DNA of 64,000 nt from Caecitellus pseudoparvulus (taxonomy: Eukaryota; Protista; Bigyra: Bicosoecida). Both the position numbers and the translations under genes were made by a program. The stretch covers positions 3,745-67,744 of the forward strand of contig CBFFRQ010000074.1 of NCBI GenBank assembly GCA_965644315.1, in the 5' to 3' direction. Of the stretch, positions 47,365 through 58,089 are shown piece by piece (position 1 is the stretch's first letter; the number at the start of each line of letters is the position of its first letter). The notes beneath the pieces are model-generated. The model saw only the letters and a program-made list of their open reading frames with translations, made no database searches and had not been told where the DNA came from.

Positions 47365-49166
47365 ATGGCAGCCGACCCCCCCCAAGCCATGACCGTGGGC
47401 TCGTCGTGAGTGCAGCACCAGTCGAAGGCAGGCGCGCGGTGCTTGCAGGCGCGCCACCCCGCCTCGACCACGCCTCGCACAGCCTCATCCAGCGGTACTA
47501 CCAGTGCTTGGCCCACGAGCCGGAGAGCCTGCCTGAGCTGTTCCACGCAGATGCGTGCCTGCAGCACAGCATCGGCAGTGAGGTGCGAGAGGCTGGCATG
47601 GGGTCAGTTGCCGCACCCGCTCACAGTGCCCCGTTGCCGCACAGGAGGCAACTGTGCATGAGGGCAAGGAAGCCATCAACAAGTTCTTCCTGGATCTGCC
47701 CTACTCCGCGGTGGCACTGAACGTGGAGGATGGCGCTGTCGATGCCCAGGCCTGCGGGAAGAGTGCGTGCGGCACTTGGCCACGCCAGCGCCCGGCGCAG
47801 TGTTGCAGCGCTGTGCTTGCGCTGTGCCTCGAGTGAGCGCAGTGGTGACAGTCATGCGTGCTAGATGTGTCCCCTGAGCTGCCGCGGCGTTTTACTCGTC
47901 GTGTGCCCTGTCCATGTGCTGCATTCTTGCCGGCCAGCGGCAGTGGTGCTGACGCTGGTGCTGCCTCGCAGGCGTCGCTGCCACCCCCCTCCACACGCGC
48001 CTGCCGCCTGCTCCCCGCCCACAGACATCATCATCATGCTGACTGGCCTCATTGGATACAACGGCGCTCCTGCCACCATGCGTTTCGCCCACACCCTCAT
48101 GGTCTCCGAAGTCCTCACCGCGACGGGCGTCTCCTACAGCATCAAGGCTGACATCTTCCGCGCGTACGCCGCACCCCTCCCGCCCAAGGCAGCCCCCCCC
48201 GCCGTGCCTGCTGTGGCAACGCAGCCCCTCCCCAAGGCAGCTCCTGCCCCCGCCCCTGCCCCCGTGCCGGAGCCTGAGCCGGAGCCGGAGGTCTTCGCTG
48301 AGCCACCAGCAGAGGAGGCGGTGGCGCCCGCACCTGCCGCGCCAGCTGACGAGGTGGTGCCGGCAGCCGCCAAGAAGACCGCCAAGCCCGCCGCCAAGGG
48401 CAAGGGCAAGGGCAAGGCCGAGGCCAAGGGTGAGGGCAAGGGGCGAGGGCGCCCCCGCGGCAAAGGCAAGGGCAAGGCGGCACAGGAGACCAAGGCTGCC
48501 GTCCCTGCCCCTGCCCCTGCCCCTGAGGCTGAGGCTGCGCCTGCCCCCGTTGAGAGCCAGCCCGCCGTGGCCAAGGCGCCCATGTCATACGCATCAGCTG
48601 CCAAGGCGAGCGGGGACGCACCGGCCCCCGCCCCTGCCCCTAAGCCCACACGTGCTCGAGGGCAGGGCAAGGCCCGTGCTGCGGCGGCCAAGGCACCGCC
48701 TGCCGCCCCAGTCGCAGCTGAGTCTGCTCCTGACGCCGCCGGCGACAAGACGGCCGACAAGGAGGGGGTGTGGGCCAAGAGCAAGCCTGCTGGCGCACGC
48801 CGGGAGCGCGGCTCGGGCGGCGGGCGCCGTGGCCTGCAGGCGGCAGGCAGTGTGCGCCTGTCGGGCGACCTCAGCGACATCAAGCCCGACAACATCAAGA
48901 GCGTGCTGAAGAAGTTCGGGACCATCGCTGGGCTCAGCGCCAACACCATGTCCAAGGACTACGTGTTCGTGGACTTCACGACGCAGGAGGCTGTGGCCAA
49001 GGCCGCCTCTGCCGGCACTGTCACCATCGGTGCCGTCACCTTGGACGTGCAGGTGAACAAGAACTTCGTGGCGGACCGCGCTGTGCGGGGGGGGTCTGGC
49101 CGCCGCAGCCCCAAGCGGGGCGGGCGCGGTGGTGCCAAGCGGGCTGCCCCAGCAGCCGCCATGTGA
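47365..49166 (+). CDS. G3BP: G3BP/Rasputin-like NTF2 + RRM + RGG protein
   Basis: VGSS|LIQRYYQCL..PESL..F NTF2 start, Pro/Ala linker with MSYASAAK, RRM YVFVDF and an RGG tail. Confidence 0.8.
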
Positions 49167-49436
49167 GCGAGGGGGGTGCCAGCATGCATCGGCGCGTTCC
49201 GCGTGGCTGGAGGGAAGGTGTGCTTGCAACCACCACCCCCCCCCTTCCAGCGCTGAAGCCGGTCTCAGTGACGGTGACGCAGAACCCACGGGCGGGGAGT
49301 AAAATGCACAACCTGGATGATCCTTGTGACTGGGCGAGGTTCTGCGGGACTCGTGCGTGGCTGCAGCTGAGGCAGAACGTGCTCGCAAGGCGCACGGCGT
49401 GGTGGTGGTTCCCCAAATTCCGCGCACGACGTCAGC

Positions 49437-52400
49437 ATGAAGCTTTCCATGGGCGTCTTGGACCTCGTGGCCCTGGTGCGCGACATCCGCAGTGCCTGCG
49501 TAGGCATGCGTGTGCACCAGGTGTACGACAGTGACCAGCGCACGTACCACTTGCGCCTCAGTGAGACGGGCGGGCGAAAGGTGCCGCTGGTCATCGAGTC
49601 CGGCGCACGCATGCACCCCACCCGCTTCCAAGTGGCCCGGCGGTCAGTTCGGGGCGGCCTGTGCATGAAGCTGCGCAAACACTTGAAGGGCAGGCGCCTG
49701 ACAGGTGTGCGGCAGCTGGGTACCGACCGTGTCGTGGACCTGCGTTTCGGCAGCGGTGCCAACGAGCTGCACTTGCTCGTGGAGTTCTACGCTGGCGGCA
49801 ACATCATCCTCACGGATGCCAGCCTGCGCATGCTAGCGGTGCTGCGCATCTTCCAGTACGAGTCTGGCGCACGTGTGGCGCCTGGGGAGGTGTACCCGCT
49901 GGCTGAGGCTGCTCGAGCAGTTGTGGCTGGGGAGGGTGACTCCGCCGCCACGCCAGGCGCCGCCCCGCCCAGCACAGTCTTTGACTTCACCCTCCCCGAT
50001 GCCGCCATCGCGGAGGAGCTGGCACAGCGCTTGGCAGCTGCCATGAAGCGCACCAAGCCTACACGCAAAGCCCGCGGCGGCTGCACCCTCAAGGCGCTGC
50101 TGCTGGCGCCTGACATGGGCTTGGCGTTGTTCGGCGCCGACCTCCTGCAGCACGCCGCGCTGGGCGTGGGGTGGAGCTTGGATGCTCTGCTGCATGAGGG
50201 TTCTTCCGGTGCTACAGTGCCGGATGCGTCGGATGTGTCCACTGCACGCGCCTTTGTAGCGGGGTGCCGGGGCCTGGCCGCCACTCTGAGCAGCGTGCAG
50301 GAGGGGGCGGAGGGCGTGGCTGGCTACCTGCTCGTGCAGCGCAAAGAGGCAGATGCCACTGGGGAAGCAGGGCTGCTCACTGGGGAGGTGGCGTCGTGGG
50401 ATGAGGTGCTGGGGGCGGCTGGTGCAGCGGCGACGGCAGCGGCGGCGGCTGCGGCGGCGGTGGAGGAGGAGGAGGAGGGGGAGCCTGGGCGAGGTGAAGC
50501 CGACGTGCTGGCTGGTCTGCAAGGCGACGCAGAGGCACAGGCGGGGCCCCAGCAAACCTTCCATGATGTGTGGGAGGTGGTGGGCGTGACCCCTGTCTTG
50601 CTGCGGCAGCACGCCAACGCCGCCTATGTGCTGGCCCCCACTTTCGCGGAAGCGTACGACGAAGCTGCTGCGCGAGTGGTGGCGCAGCGCCAGGAGAAAG
50701 CCCGCTCCTCTGCCCTGTCTGCCGCCCATGCCAAGGTGCAGGACGCCAAGGACAAGGTGGAGGGGCACGTGGCTGCTATCCGGGCAGCCCAAGCTGCCGC
50801 GGAGCGCTCAGCTGCCGCTGTGGAGGGCAGTCGGAGCCATGTGCAGGCAGCTCTGGACGTCGTGAACCGGGCAGTGGCGTCGGGCATGGACTGGGGTGAC
50901 TTGGAGCGTATGGTGGCGGCAGAGGCGGCAGGCGGTAACGCCGTGGCCGCCAGCATCGTCAAGCTGGATGTGGGGGGTGGCCGCATGACCCTGGCCCTGC
51001 CAGACCCGTACTGGCAAGAGGGGCAGGAGGAGGACGAGGCTGGAGGGGACAGTGACTCGTCAGAGGATGGAGAGGGGGGGGGCGGTGGCGGCACGTGGAG
51101 GAGCCCAGCAGCCAGCATGGACCCAGCCGCCCGCCTGGCCGCCGCCCAAGCCCTTTTTCACGGGGGGGAGGAGTGGTCAGAAGGTGGGCGGGGGGATGGC
51201 ACTCCACAGGAGGCGGCCAGCACAGCGCCTGCACACGCCGCGGCTGGTGCGGGGGAGTCCCCCAGCACTGGCGGGCCCACGGTGCAGGTGCAGGTGCGGC
51301 TGGACTTGTCGGCGGCAGGCAACGCCCGGGAGCACTGGCGCAGCGCCAAGGCTGCAAAAGGCAGCGAGGACAAGGCTGCCGCCGCTGGCGCGCGCGTGGT
51401 GGCCGAGGCAGAGGCCAAAGCAGCCCACACACAGGCCACCCTGCACCGCATCGGCACCGGCAAGGGCAGCAAGCAGGCGGTGGGCATGGCAGAGGGCCGC
51501 AAGGCGCCGTACTTCTCCAAGTTCCGCTGGTTCATCTCCAGCGAGGGCGTCCTGGTGCTGGCTGGGCGAGACATGCACCAGAACGAGACGCTGGTGAAGC
51601 GCTACCTGCGCCCGCAAGACGCATACGTGCACGGCGACGTGCACGGTGCCGCCTCCTGCATCGTGCGGAACCCCAGCACCTCTCCCGAGGCGGCGGCACT
51701 GCTGCCCACCCTGGCCATCACGCTGAACCAGGCAGCCACCTTCTCCGCCTGCCTGTCCAAGGCGTGGAAGGGCGGCATGCCCTGCAACGCCTGGTGGGTG
51801 CACGCCAACCAGGTCAGCAAGACTGCGCAGTCGGGGGAGTACCTGCCCACTGGCAGCTTCATGATCCGTGGCACCAAGAACATGCTGCACGTGGCCAAGC
51901 TGGAGCTGGGCATCGCCCTCCTCTTCAAGGTGGAGCAGGAGGTGCTGCAGAAGCGCGGCACTGACCGCCTGCCCCGCGCCCGAGAGCAGTGGCAGGCGGC
52001 GCTGTCTGGGGAGACCAGTGCAGTGCAGGCGAGTCCTCCACAGCCACCCCGCGCTGCCTCGCCTGCCACTGCCGTGGAGGAGACGCCGCCCCCCCGCCCA
52101 GGCAGCCCCCCCGCTGCCGCCACATCTGCCGGCACTGCGGCGGAGGCGGCGCCCCAGACACAGCCTGACAGCGACGCCGCCCAGGCCGACGCCGCCCAGC
52201 CTGAAGCTGCCCAAGAGGTGCCGGATGCGGCCAGTCCACCTGCCAAGCGCAGCGACGGGCAGCCGAAGCGAGGGCAGCGCTTCCGTCGCCGCAAGGCCAA
52301 GGCGAAGTACAGCGACCAGGACGAGGAAGAGCGAGCGTTGGCCATGGCGGCGCTGGGACACGGCGTCAGGGAGGCGGACGAGGGTGGGACGCCGGGCGCC

Positions 52401-53117
52401 AGCGGCTCAGGTGTGGCTGGGGGCGATGATGAGGAGGAGTGGGATGGGTCTGCTGCGCCAGCCACGGCCTCTGCGCCGGTGGTGTCTGTGGCGGCCGCTG
52501 CTGTCGGCATCCGCGGCGTCGGTGGCGCGTACTTTGAGGAGGGGCAGGAGGGGGAGGTGGCGCCGTGGCTGGCCCTGGACCGCGACGTGGCTGAGGCGGC
52601 CCCCGTGGAGAGCTCCGGGGAGGTGCTGGTGCACGGCATGCCTCTGCGAGGGGAGTTCCTGGACGTGGCACGCCTAGTGCCGAGCTTGGGCCGGGGCGAT
52701 GTGAGCACCATGGCTCTGTTCATGCTGGCGCCGTGGGGGGCGTTGGGGGCTGCCTACCCCTTCAAGGTGCGCCTGCAGCCCGGCACCCTGAAGGCAGGCA
52801 AGGCGCTCAAAGCGGCTGTGCCCATCATGCAGGCGCTGCTGACGGAGTGGCGGCCCAAGGGCGGCCCAGGCACGCCCGATGCCGGCTCAGATGCACGCAG
52901 TGTGACGACAGCGGGGACACGGGATACCCTTGCCGGGGGCGGCTCGCGTGTGGGGCAGCGCTGCATGGCCCTCGCGCGGGCCGTGCCAGAGGAAGAAACC
53001 ATGCGGACGATGCTGGGTGATGTCAAGGTGATGGCGCCGGCGTCCGCCTCGGCCGCCGTGAAGAAGGCTGCGCGGGCAGCAGGCAAGGGCAAGGGCAAGA
53101 AGGGCGGCCGCAGGTGA
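49437..53117 (+). CDS. NEMF: Ribosome quality control protein NEMF/Rqc2
   Basis: MKLRKHLKGRRL..VRQLGTDRVVDL, EFYAGGNIILTD, KFRWFISSEG.LVLAGRDMHQNE and QVSKTAQSGEYLPTGSFMIRG. Confidence 0.95.
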   Translation: MKLSMGVLDLVALVRDIRSACVGMRVHQVYDSDQRTYHLRLSETGGRKVPLVIESGARMHPTRFQVARRSVRGGLCMKLRKHLKGRRLTGVRQLGTDRVVDLRFGSGANELHLLVEFYAGGNIILTDASLRMLAVLRIFQYESGARVAPGEVYPLAEAARAVVAGEGDSAATPGAAPPSTVFDFTLPDAAIAEELAQRLAAAMKRTKPTRKARGGCTLKALLLAPDMGLALFGADLLQHAALGVGWSLDALLHEGSSGATVPDASDVSTARAFVAGCRGLAATLSSVQEGAEGVAGYLLVQRKEADATGEAGLLTGEVASWDEVLGAAGAAATAAAAAAAAVEEEEEGEPGRGEADVLAGLQGDAEAQAGPQQTFHDVWEVVGVTPVLLRQHANAAYVLAPTFAEAYDEAAARVVAQRQEKARSSALSAAHAKVQDAKDKVEGHVAAIRAAQAAAERSAAAVEGSRSHVQAALDVVNRAVASGMDWGDLERMVAAEAAGGNAVAASIVKLDVGGGRMTLALPDPYWQEGQEEDEAGGDSDSSEDGEGGGGGGTWRSPAASMDPAARLAAAQALFHGGEEWSEGGRGDGTPQEAASTAPAHAAAGAGESPSTGGPTVQVQVRLDLSAAGNAREHWRSAKAAKGSEDKAAAAGARVVAEAEAKAAHTQATLHRIGTGKGSKQAVGMAEGRKAPYFSKFRWFISSEGVLVLAGRDMHQNETLVKRYLRPQDAYVHGDVHGAASCIVRNPSTSPEAAALLPTLAITLNQAATFSACLSKAWKGGMPCNAWWVHANQVSKTAQSGEYLPTGSFMIRGTKNMLHVAKLELGIALLFKVEQEVLQKRGTDRLPRAREQWQAALSGETSAVQASPPQPPRAASPATAVEETPPPRPGSPPAAATSAGTAAEAAPQTQPDSDAAQADAAQPEAAQEVPDAASPPAKRSDGQPKRGQRFRRRKAKAKYSDQDEEERALAMAALGHGVREADEGGTPGASGSGVAGGDDEEEWDGSAAPATASAPVVSVAAAAVGIRGVGGAYFEEGQEGEVAPWLALDRDVAEAAPVESSGEVLVHGMPLRGEFLDVARLVPSLGRGDVSTMALFMLAPWGALGAAYPFKVRLQPGTLKAGKALKAAVPIMQALLTEWRPKGGPGTPDAGSDARSVTTAGTRDTLAGGGSRVGQRCMALARAVPEEETMRTMLGDVKVMAPASASAAVKKAARAAGKGKGKKGGRR

Positions 53118-53134
53118 TTCGCTGTGCAATGCAT

Positions 53135-53884
53135 TCAGTGGTAGCCGCCACGCCCACGCCCGCGGCCACGCCCCCGTCCACGCCCCCGACCGCGACCACG
53201 TCCTCGACCGCGACCACGCCCACGCCCGCGACCCCGTCCGCGACCCCGTCCGCCCGCACCCAGCGCAAAGGAAGGCACATTGGTGCGCTTGGGGACCACT
53301 CGGATCTCCCTATCGTTGAAGTGTGTGCCGTTCAGCACCAGCGCGTTCTCCACAGACGCTTCATCGGCAAACTCGACGTAGGCGAAGCCCTTGGGCTTGC
53401 CACTGAACTTGTCGGCGACAATGGTCACTCGCGTGACGACTCCGCAGGTGGAGAAGTACTCCTTTAGCTGGGCAGCCTTTACGGCGAAGTGCACGTTGCC
53501 GATGTGCACGCTGCGGCGGTCAGCAGCCTCCGCTTGCGCGTGGCGCTCTTCAGCAGCTGCCACCGCTGCGTCCACGTTGGACACTGCTTCCGAGTGGCTC
53601 TCCAGCAGCTTAGCATTGGCAGCCAGGATGTCACTCAGGACAGACTCCATCTCCTGCAGTTCAGACTGCAGCACGCCCGCCTCTGCGGCGCCCTGGGACC
53701 CCGCAGGCGTGCTTGTGCCAGCCTCCTCGTCCGAATCGGGAAGGCCGCTGATGGTGTGGCCGCCCGATGCACCGGGCCCAGCACTGTGCTCAGACGGCTC
53801 TGTAGACTGCACTTGATCAGGCACGGCTGTGCCTTCCCCTGCCATGCCCGTCTCTGCTTCGGCAGCTGCAGCGGTGGAGGCCAT
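53135..53884 (-). CDS. PABPN1: Nuclear poly(A)-binding protein-like (RRM + RG repeats)
   Basis: ADRRSVHIGNV, RVTIVADKFSGKPKGFAYVEF, IRVVPKRTNVP and a (GR)n tail. Confidence 0.88.
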   Translation of the reverse strand: MASTAAAAEAETGMAGEGTAVPDQVQSTEPSEHSAGPGASGGHTISGLPDSDEEAGTSTPAGSQGAAEAGVLQSELQEMESVLSDILAANAKLLESHSEAVSNVDAAVAAAEERHAQAEAADRRSVHIGNVHFAVKAAQLKEYFSTCGVVTRVTIVADKFSGKPKGFAYVEFADEASVENALVLNGTHFNDREIRVVPKRTNVPSFALGAGGRGRGRGRGRGRGRGRGRGRGRGRGRGRGRGRGRGGYH

Positions 53885-54178
53885 GCCAGCAAGGGCTGAC
53901 GGCGCAAATACCGCAGACCACAACACCCAACACAAGGTGCTTGGACTCACCACACGCAAAGCACACAGCAACGGGGGGAAGCTGAAGCCTGCCTGCGATG
54001 CGTTGTTACGTTCACTTTTCTCCCATCCACACAAATGCACCCACCTGCATCCCCACACCCCTTGTGCTGCTGGCCGAGCTCTGCCTGAGCTTGCTACAGA
54101 CCAGCGTAGCGTTTCGCTGTTCTGGGGGTGCACGCCGTGCCCGCCTTGCAACTCGCCTGCCGGCCATAAGTCGAGACC

Positions 54179-56435
54179 ATGGCTGCGGCGTCCGACAAGA
54201 AACTCCGCATTGCAATTGTCAGCAATGACAAGGTGAGCCACGCAGGCGCTCCCGCGGCGCAAGCAGGCGCCAGGGCAGTCGTTTCGTGCCTCTGGTCCGC
54301 ACCCACGGACTTGGCGACACGCACTCCTCCCCACCGCGCAGTGCAAGCCCAAGAAGTGCCGCCAAGAGTGCCGCAAGTCGTGCCCTGTCGTGCGAATGGG
54401 TGCGTTTGCTGCCGCCAGTGCCAGTCCAGCTGCAGCCGCCTCACACTTCCGCACACGCTGGCTGGCGCAGGCAAGCAGTGCATCGAGGTGACGCCTGCCT
54501 CCAAGACCGCCTTCATCTCCGAGACGCTGTGCATCGGCTGTGGCATCTGCGTGGACCGCTGCCCCTTCAGCGCCATCAGCATCATCAACCTGCCCAAGGT
54601 GCGCAGCAGTGCTGTCCACGCCGTACGACTTGCCCCACCGACCCTGCACTGTGCCTGCTCCCGTCCCCGCACAGGACCTGGACGGGCACACCACGCACAG
54701 GTACGGGCCCAACAGCTTCAAGCTGCACCGCCTGCCCACGCCCCGTGGCGGCCAGGTGCTGGGCCTGGTCGGCACCAACGGCATCGGCAAGAGCACTGCC
54801 CTGCGCATCCTGTCTGCCAAGATGAAGCCCAACCTGGGGCAGTTCGAGGACCCCCCCACGTGGGAGGCCATCTTGAAGAACTTCCGAGGCAGCGAACTGC
54901 AGGGGTACTTCACCCACATCCTGGAGGAGAAGATCAAGGCCGTCATCAAGCCGCAGTATGTGGACAGCATCCCCCGCGCAGTGCAGGGGCAGGTGGAGGC
55001 CATCATCGCAGGCAAGGACAAGCGCGGCGTGCGGGACACCATGATGGTGGACCTGCAGCTGGACCACGTCAAGACCCGCGAAATCGCGTTCCTGTCGGGC
55101 GGCGAGCTGCAGCGCTTCGCCATCGCCGTCGTGGCGGTGCAGGATGCCGACGTGTACATGTTCGACGAGCCCTCCTCCTACCTGGACGTCAAGCAGCGCA
55201 TGCGTGCCGCCAACGTCATCCGCTCCCTGCTGGACGGCGAGGGTGCCGACCGCAAGTACGTCATCTGCGTCGAGCACGACCTGGCCGTGCTGGACTACTT
55301 GTCTGACTTCATCTGCTGCTTGTACGGCTCCCCCGCCGCGTACGGCGTGGTGACCATGCCCTTCTCTGTGCGCGAAGGCATCAACGTCTTCCTGGCCGGC
55401 TTCGTGCCCACAGAGAACCTGCGCTTCCGAGAGGAGGAGCTGACGTTCAAGGTGGCCAGCGTCGCAGAGGAGGACGCTGCCGCCGCCGCCGCCGCTGCCG
55501 ACACGGGCAAGTCCGGGAAGAAGAGCAGGGGCGCCGCCGCAAAGAGTGCCACAAAGGCAGGCGGCAAGGCAGGCAGCAAGGCCGCTGCCGCCCCGGCTGC
55601 TACCGCTGCTGCTGAGGAGGAGGTGGCCACCCCAACCGCTGGCACCCGCACCTACCCTGCCATGTTCAAGCACTTGGAGGGCAAGAAGGGCTCCTCCTTC
55701 AAGCTGCACGTGGAGCCTGGCTCCTTCAAGGACAGCCAAATCATCGTCATGCTGGGCGAGAACGGCACGGGCAAGACTACCTTCATCCGCATGCTGGCTG
55801 GGCTCATGCAGCCTGACGTGCCAGAGGGCACGGAGCCCCCCAAGCTGGACGGCTTCTCTGTCTCGTACAAGCCCCAGAAGATCAACCCTCGCTTCGAGGG
55901 CAGCGTGCGCCTGCTGCTGCACAAGAAGATCAGGGACGCGTACCTGCACCCACAGTTCGCCACCGACGTCACTAAGCCCCTGAACTTGGAGAACATCATC
56001 GACCAGGAGGTCAAGAACTTGTCTGGAGGTGAACTGCAGCGCGTTGCCCTGGTGCTGGCGCTGGGCAAGCCGGCAGACGTGTACCTCATCGATGAGCCCA
56101 GCGCCTACCTTGACTCCGAGCAGCGTATCGTGGCCGCCAAGGTCATCAAGCGCTACATCCTGCACGCCAAGCGCACTGCCTTCATTGTGGAGCACGACTT
56201 CATCATGGCCACGTACTTGGCTGACCAGGTCATTGTGTACGACGGCACCCCGGGAGTGGAGGCCACCGCACACAGCCCCGAGTCCCTCGTCACTGGCATG
56301 AACAAGTTCCTCGCCGCAGTGGGCATCACCTTCCGACGAGACCCCACAAACTTCCGCCCTCGCATCAACAAGAAGAACTCTGACAAAGACAGGGAGCAGA
56401 AGAAGGCTGGCGCCTACTTCTACAACGACGATTGA
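54179..56435 (+). CDS. ABCE1: ABCE1/Rli1 ribosome recycling ATPase
   Basis: [29 protein letters not shown] Fe-S domain, [13 protein letters not shown], two ABC NBDs and [15 protein letters not shown]; three 5' introns. Confidence 0.98.
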
Positions 56436-56614
56436 GGTGTGCCAAAAATTCCCTGCGGGCCAACTGGAAATGCACGACGCAGCATGATGAGTGCCAACCG
56501 GAACAGCACCAGCACGTCAGATACACTCGAGGTGCACAACCAATAATCGGAACACCAAGTATCAAAACCACTGCCTCAGTAAGGCAGCACCAAGGAAAGA
56601 ACGCGAAAAAGATA

Positions 56615-56687
56615 AGTCCGACACGGGCCTCGATCCCGCAACCTCTCGATCCGTAGTCAAGTGCGCTGCCAATTGCGCCAACCGGAC
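56615..56687 (-). tRNA. tRNA-Arg(ACG)
   Basis: GTCCGGT TG GCGCAATTGGCAGCGC A CTTGA CTACGGA TCGAG AGGTT GCGGG ATCGAGG CCCGT GTCGGAC T folds as a cloverleaf; T5 Pol III terminator at 56606-56610. Confidence 0.9.
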
Positions 56688-56699
56688 GCTCTAGTGAAA

Positions 56700-56731
56700 C
56701 AAAGTTGTGTATATAATGTTATGCATAATTA
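56700..56731 (-). promoter_or_regulatory. AT-rich TATA-like element upstream of the tRNA
   Basis: Isolated AT-rich patch with TATATA about 25 nt 5' of the tRNA. Confidence 0.5.
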
Positions 56732-57042
56732 CCCTTGCCACATTTCCGACTGTCGAATTCGATCGTCACCACACTGACCCTGAAGCGCACCGTGCAGAGG
56801 ATTCATGTGAAACGTGTTGCCTTACCTGACAAACGGTGCTCCATGATACGGTTGAGAATGGCCACTGCTGGATGTGGAAACGTGGAATGGCAGGCAACCG
56901 AAGAAAGCAGAGCTGGCTGTGGAGTTGCGCAGGTGAGCAATGTTGAGACCTCGGCGCATGGACTGCCGAGAGCACATGCAGACGCGACGTACGAGGGTAC
57001 AGCATGCGCGAACGCTCATCCTGGATCGGTGTGCACGTCTGA

Positions 57043-58089
57043 AGGGGGCTTGACACCCATTGCGCTCAGCGCAGCAGCATTCTCGCTGCCAACGGCATTC
57101 ACTGTGCCACACCAAACTCCCCATCACGCCCATCGCCACCTTCGCACTCGGCCCATCATACTTCATGTGTAGCACATTGTGGTTTTCGGGGGTTGCTTGC
57201 TCTTGCTTGCGCCTGGCTGGGCGCGGTTGGCGCTGGCGTTGCGAAGTGTGTAGCGGCTCAATTTCCGCACTGCACAATTTTGCAAGCAGCGTAGGCATCG
57301 AGTTCGAAGCTGTGCGTCCCCGTTGTACAATAGAGGTGAATGAAAAACACCAAGAACAAGTAGTGAGTGCAGGTTTGCGACGTGAAGTGGCGTCCATTGC
57401 GAGATCTCATGGCTGCTGCTGCGGCCGCGTTGCCAGCCCTTGCGCCGGTAGAACCCGCCTTGCATGATCTCGCAGGCATGGCGGCAGCAGAAGCACCCCC
57501 GGAAGTCGGAGCTTGTGAACAGGAGATGGGGCCGTTTGAGAAGCTGTGCTTGTCTGGTTTGTCCTTTGACTTCGAAGACCGCATGACTGAGGAAGCTGCA
57601 GAGTTGGTGAAGAAGATGGTGCTCGACAAGGAGTGTGCCTTCCTGCCAATGGACCACCTCGACCGAGCGATCGATGTCCTGCAAATCACGAGCAGCTGCA
57701 TACACAGGCATTCATTGCCACAAGCTCGTTTGTTCACTGGTCCAAAGGGCGTTGGCAAGACACACCTCTTCGAAACGGTTGCCGAAGTGATGGACGAGGA
57801 GAACAAGAGAGCAGCGGACGGAAGGCTCACCATTTGCTGCCACATCGACCTCCAAGAACGCAGCAACACAGACTTTGATTCCTTCCATGAGGTTTTCTTC
57901 AAGGCCATCGCCTACAAGCTTGGCCTCTTGCATCTACACCCAGACGTGGCAGGGGTTCTTACCAATCTCGCCGCTCACACTGCAGGCTCGCCAGATGACA
58001 TTGTGGAGTTGGAGCACCTTCCAGGCATCTTCACGTTGCGCGGGAATCCCGAGGCTCTGTCGCCCGCACTGCGGGAGAAGTTGTCGAAA
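57043..58089 (+). repeat. Tandem duplication copy 1 (aligns to 62954-64000, offset ~5.9 kb)
   Basis: Long near-identical sequence starting at GGGGGCTTGACACCC. Confidence 0.95.

Noticed and set aside
53885-55159. Upstream extension of the 674-aa minus-strand ORF
   Set aside because: It is largely antisense to ABCE1; only the region from 53884 encodes the PABPN1-like protein.
6850-56273. Numerous long overlapping ORFs opposite real genes
   Set aside because: Expected at high GC with strong codon bias.
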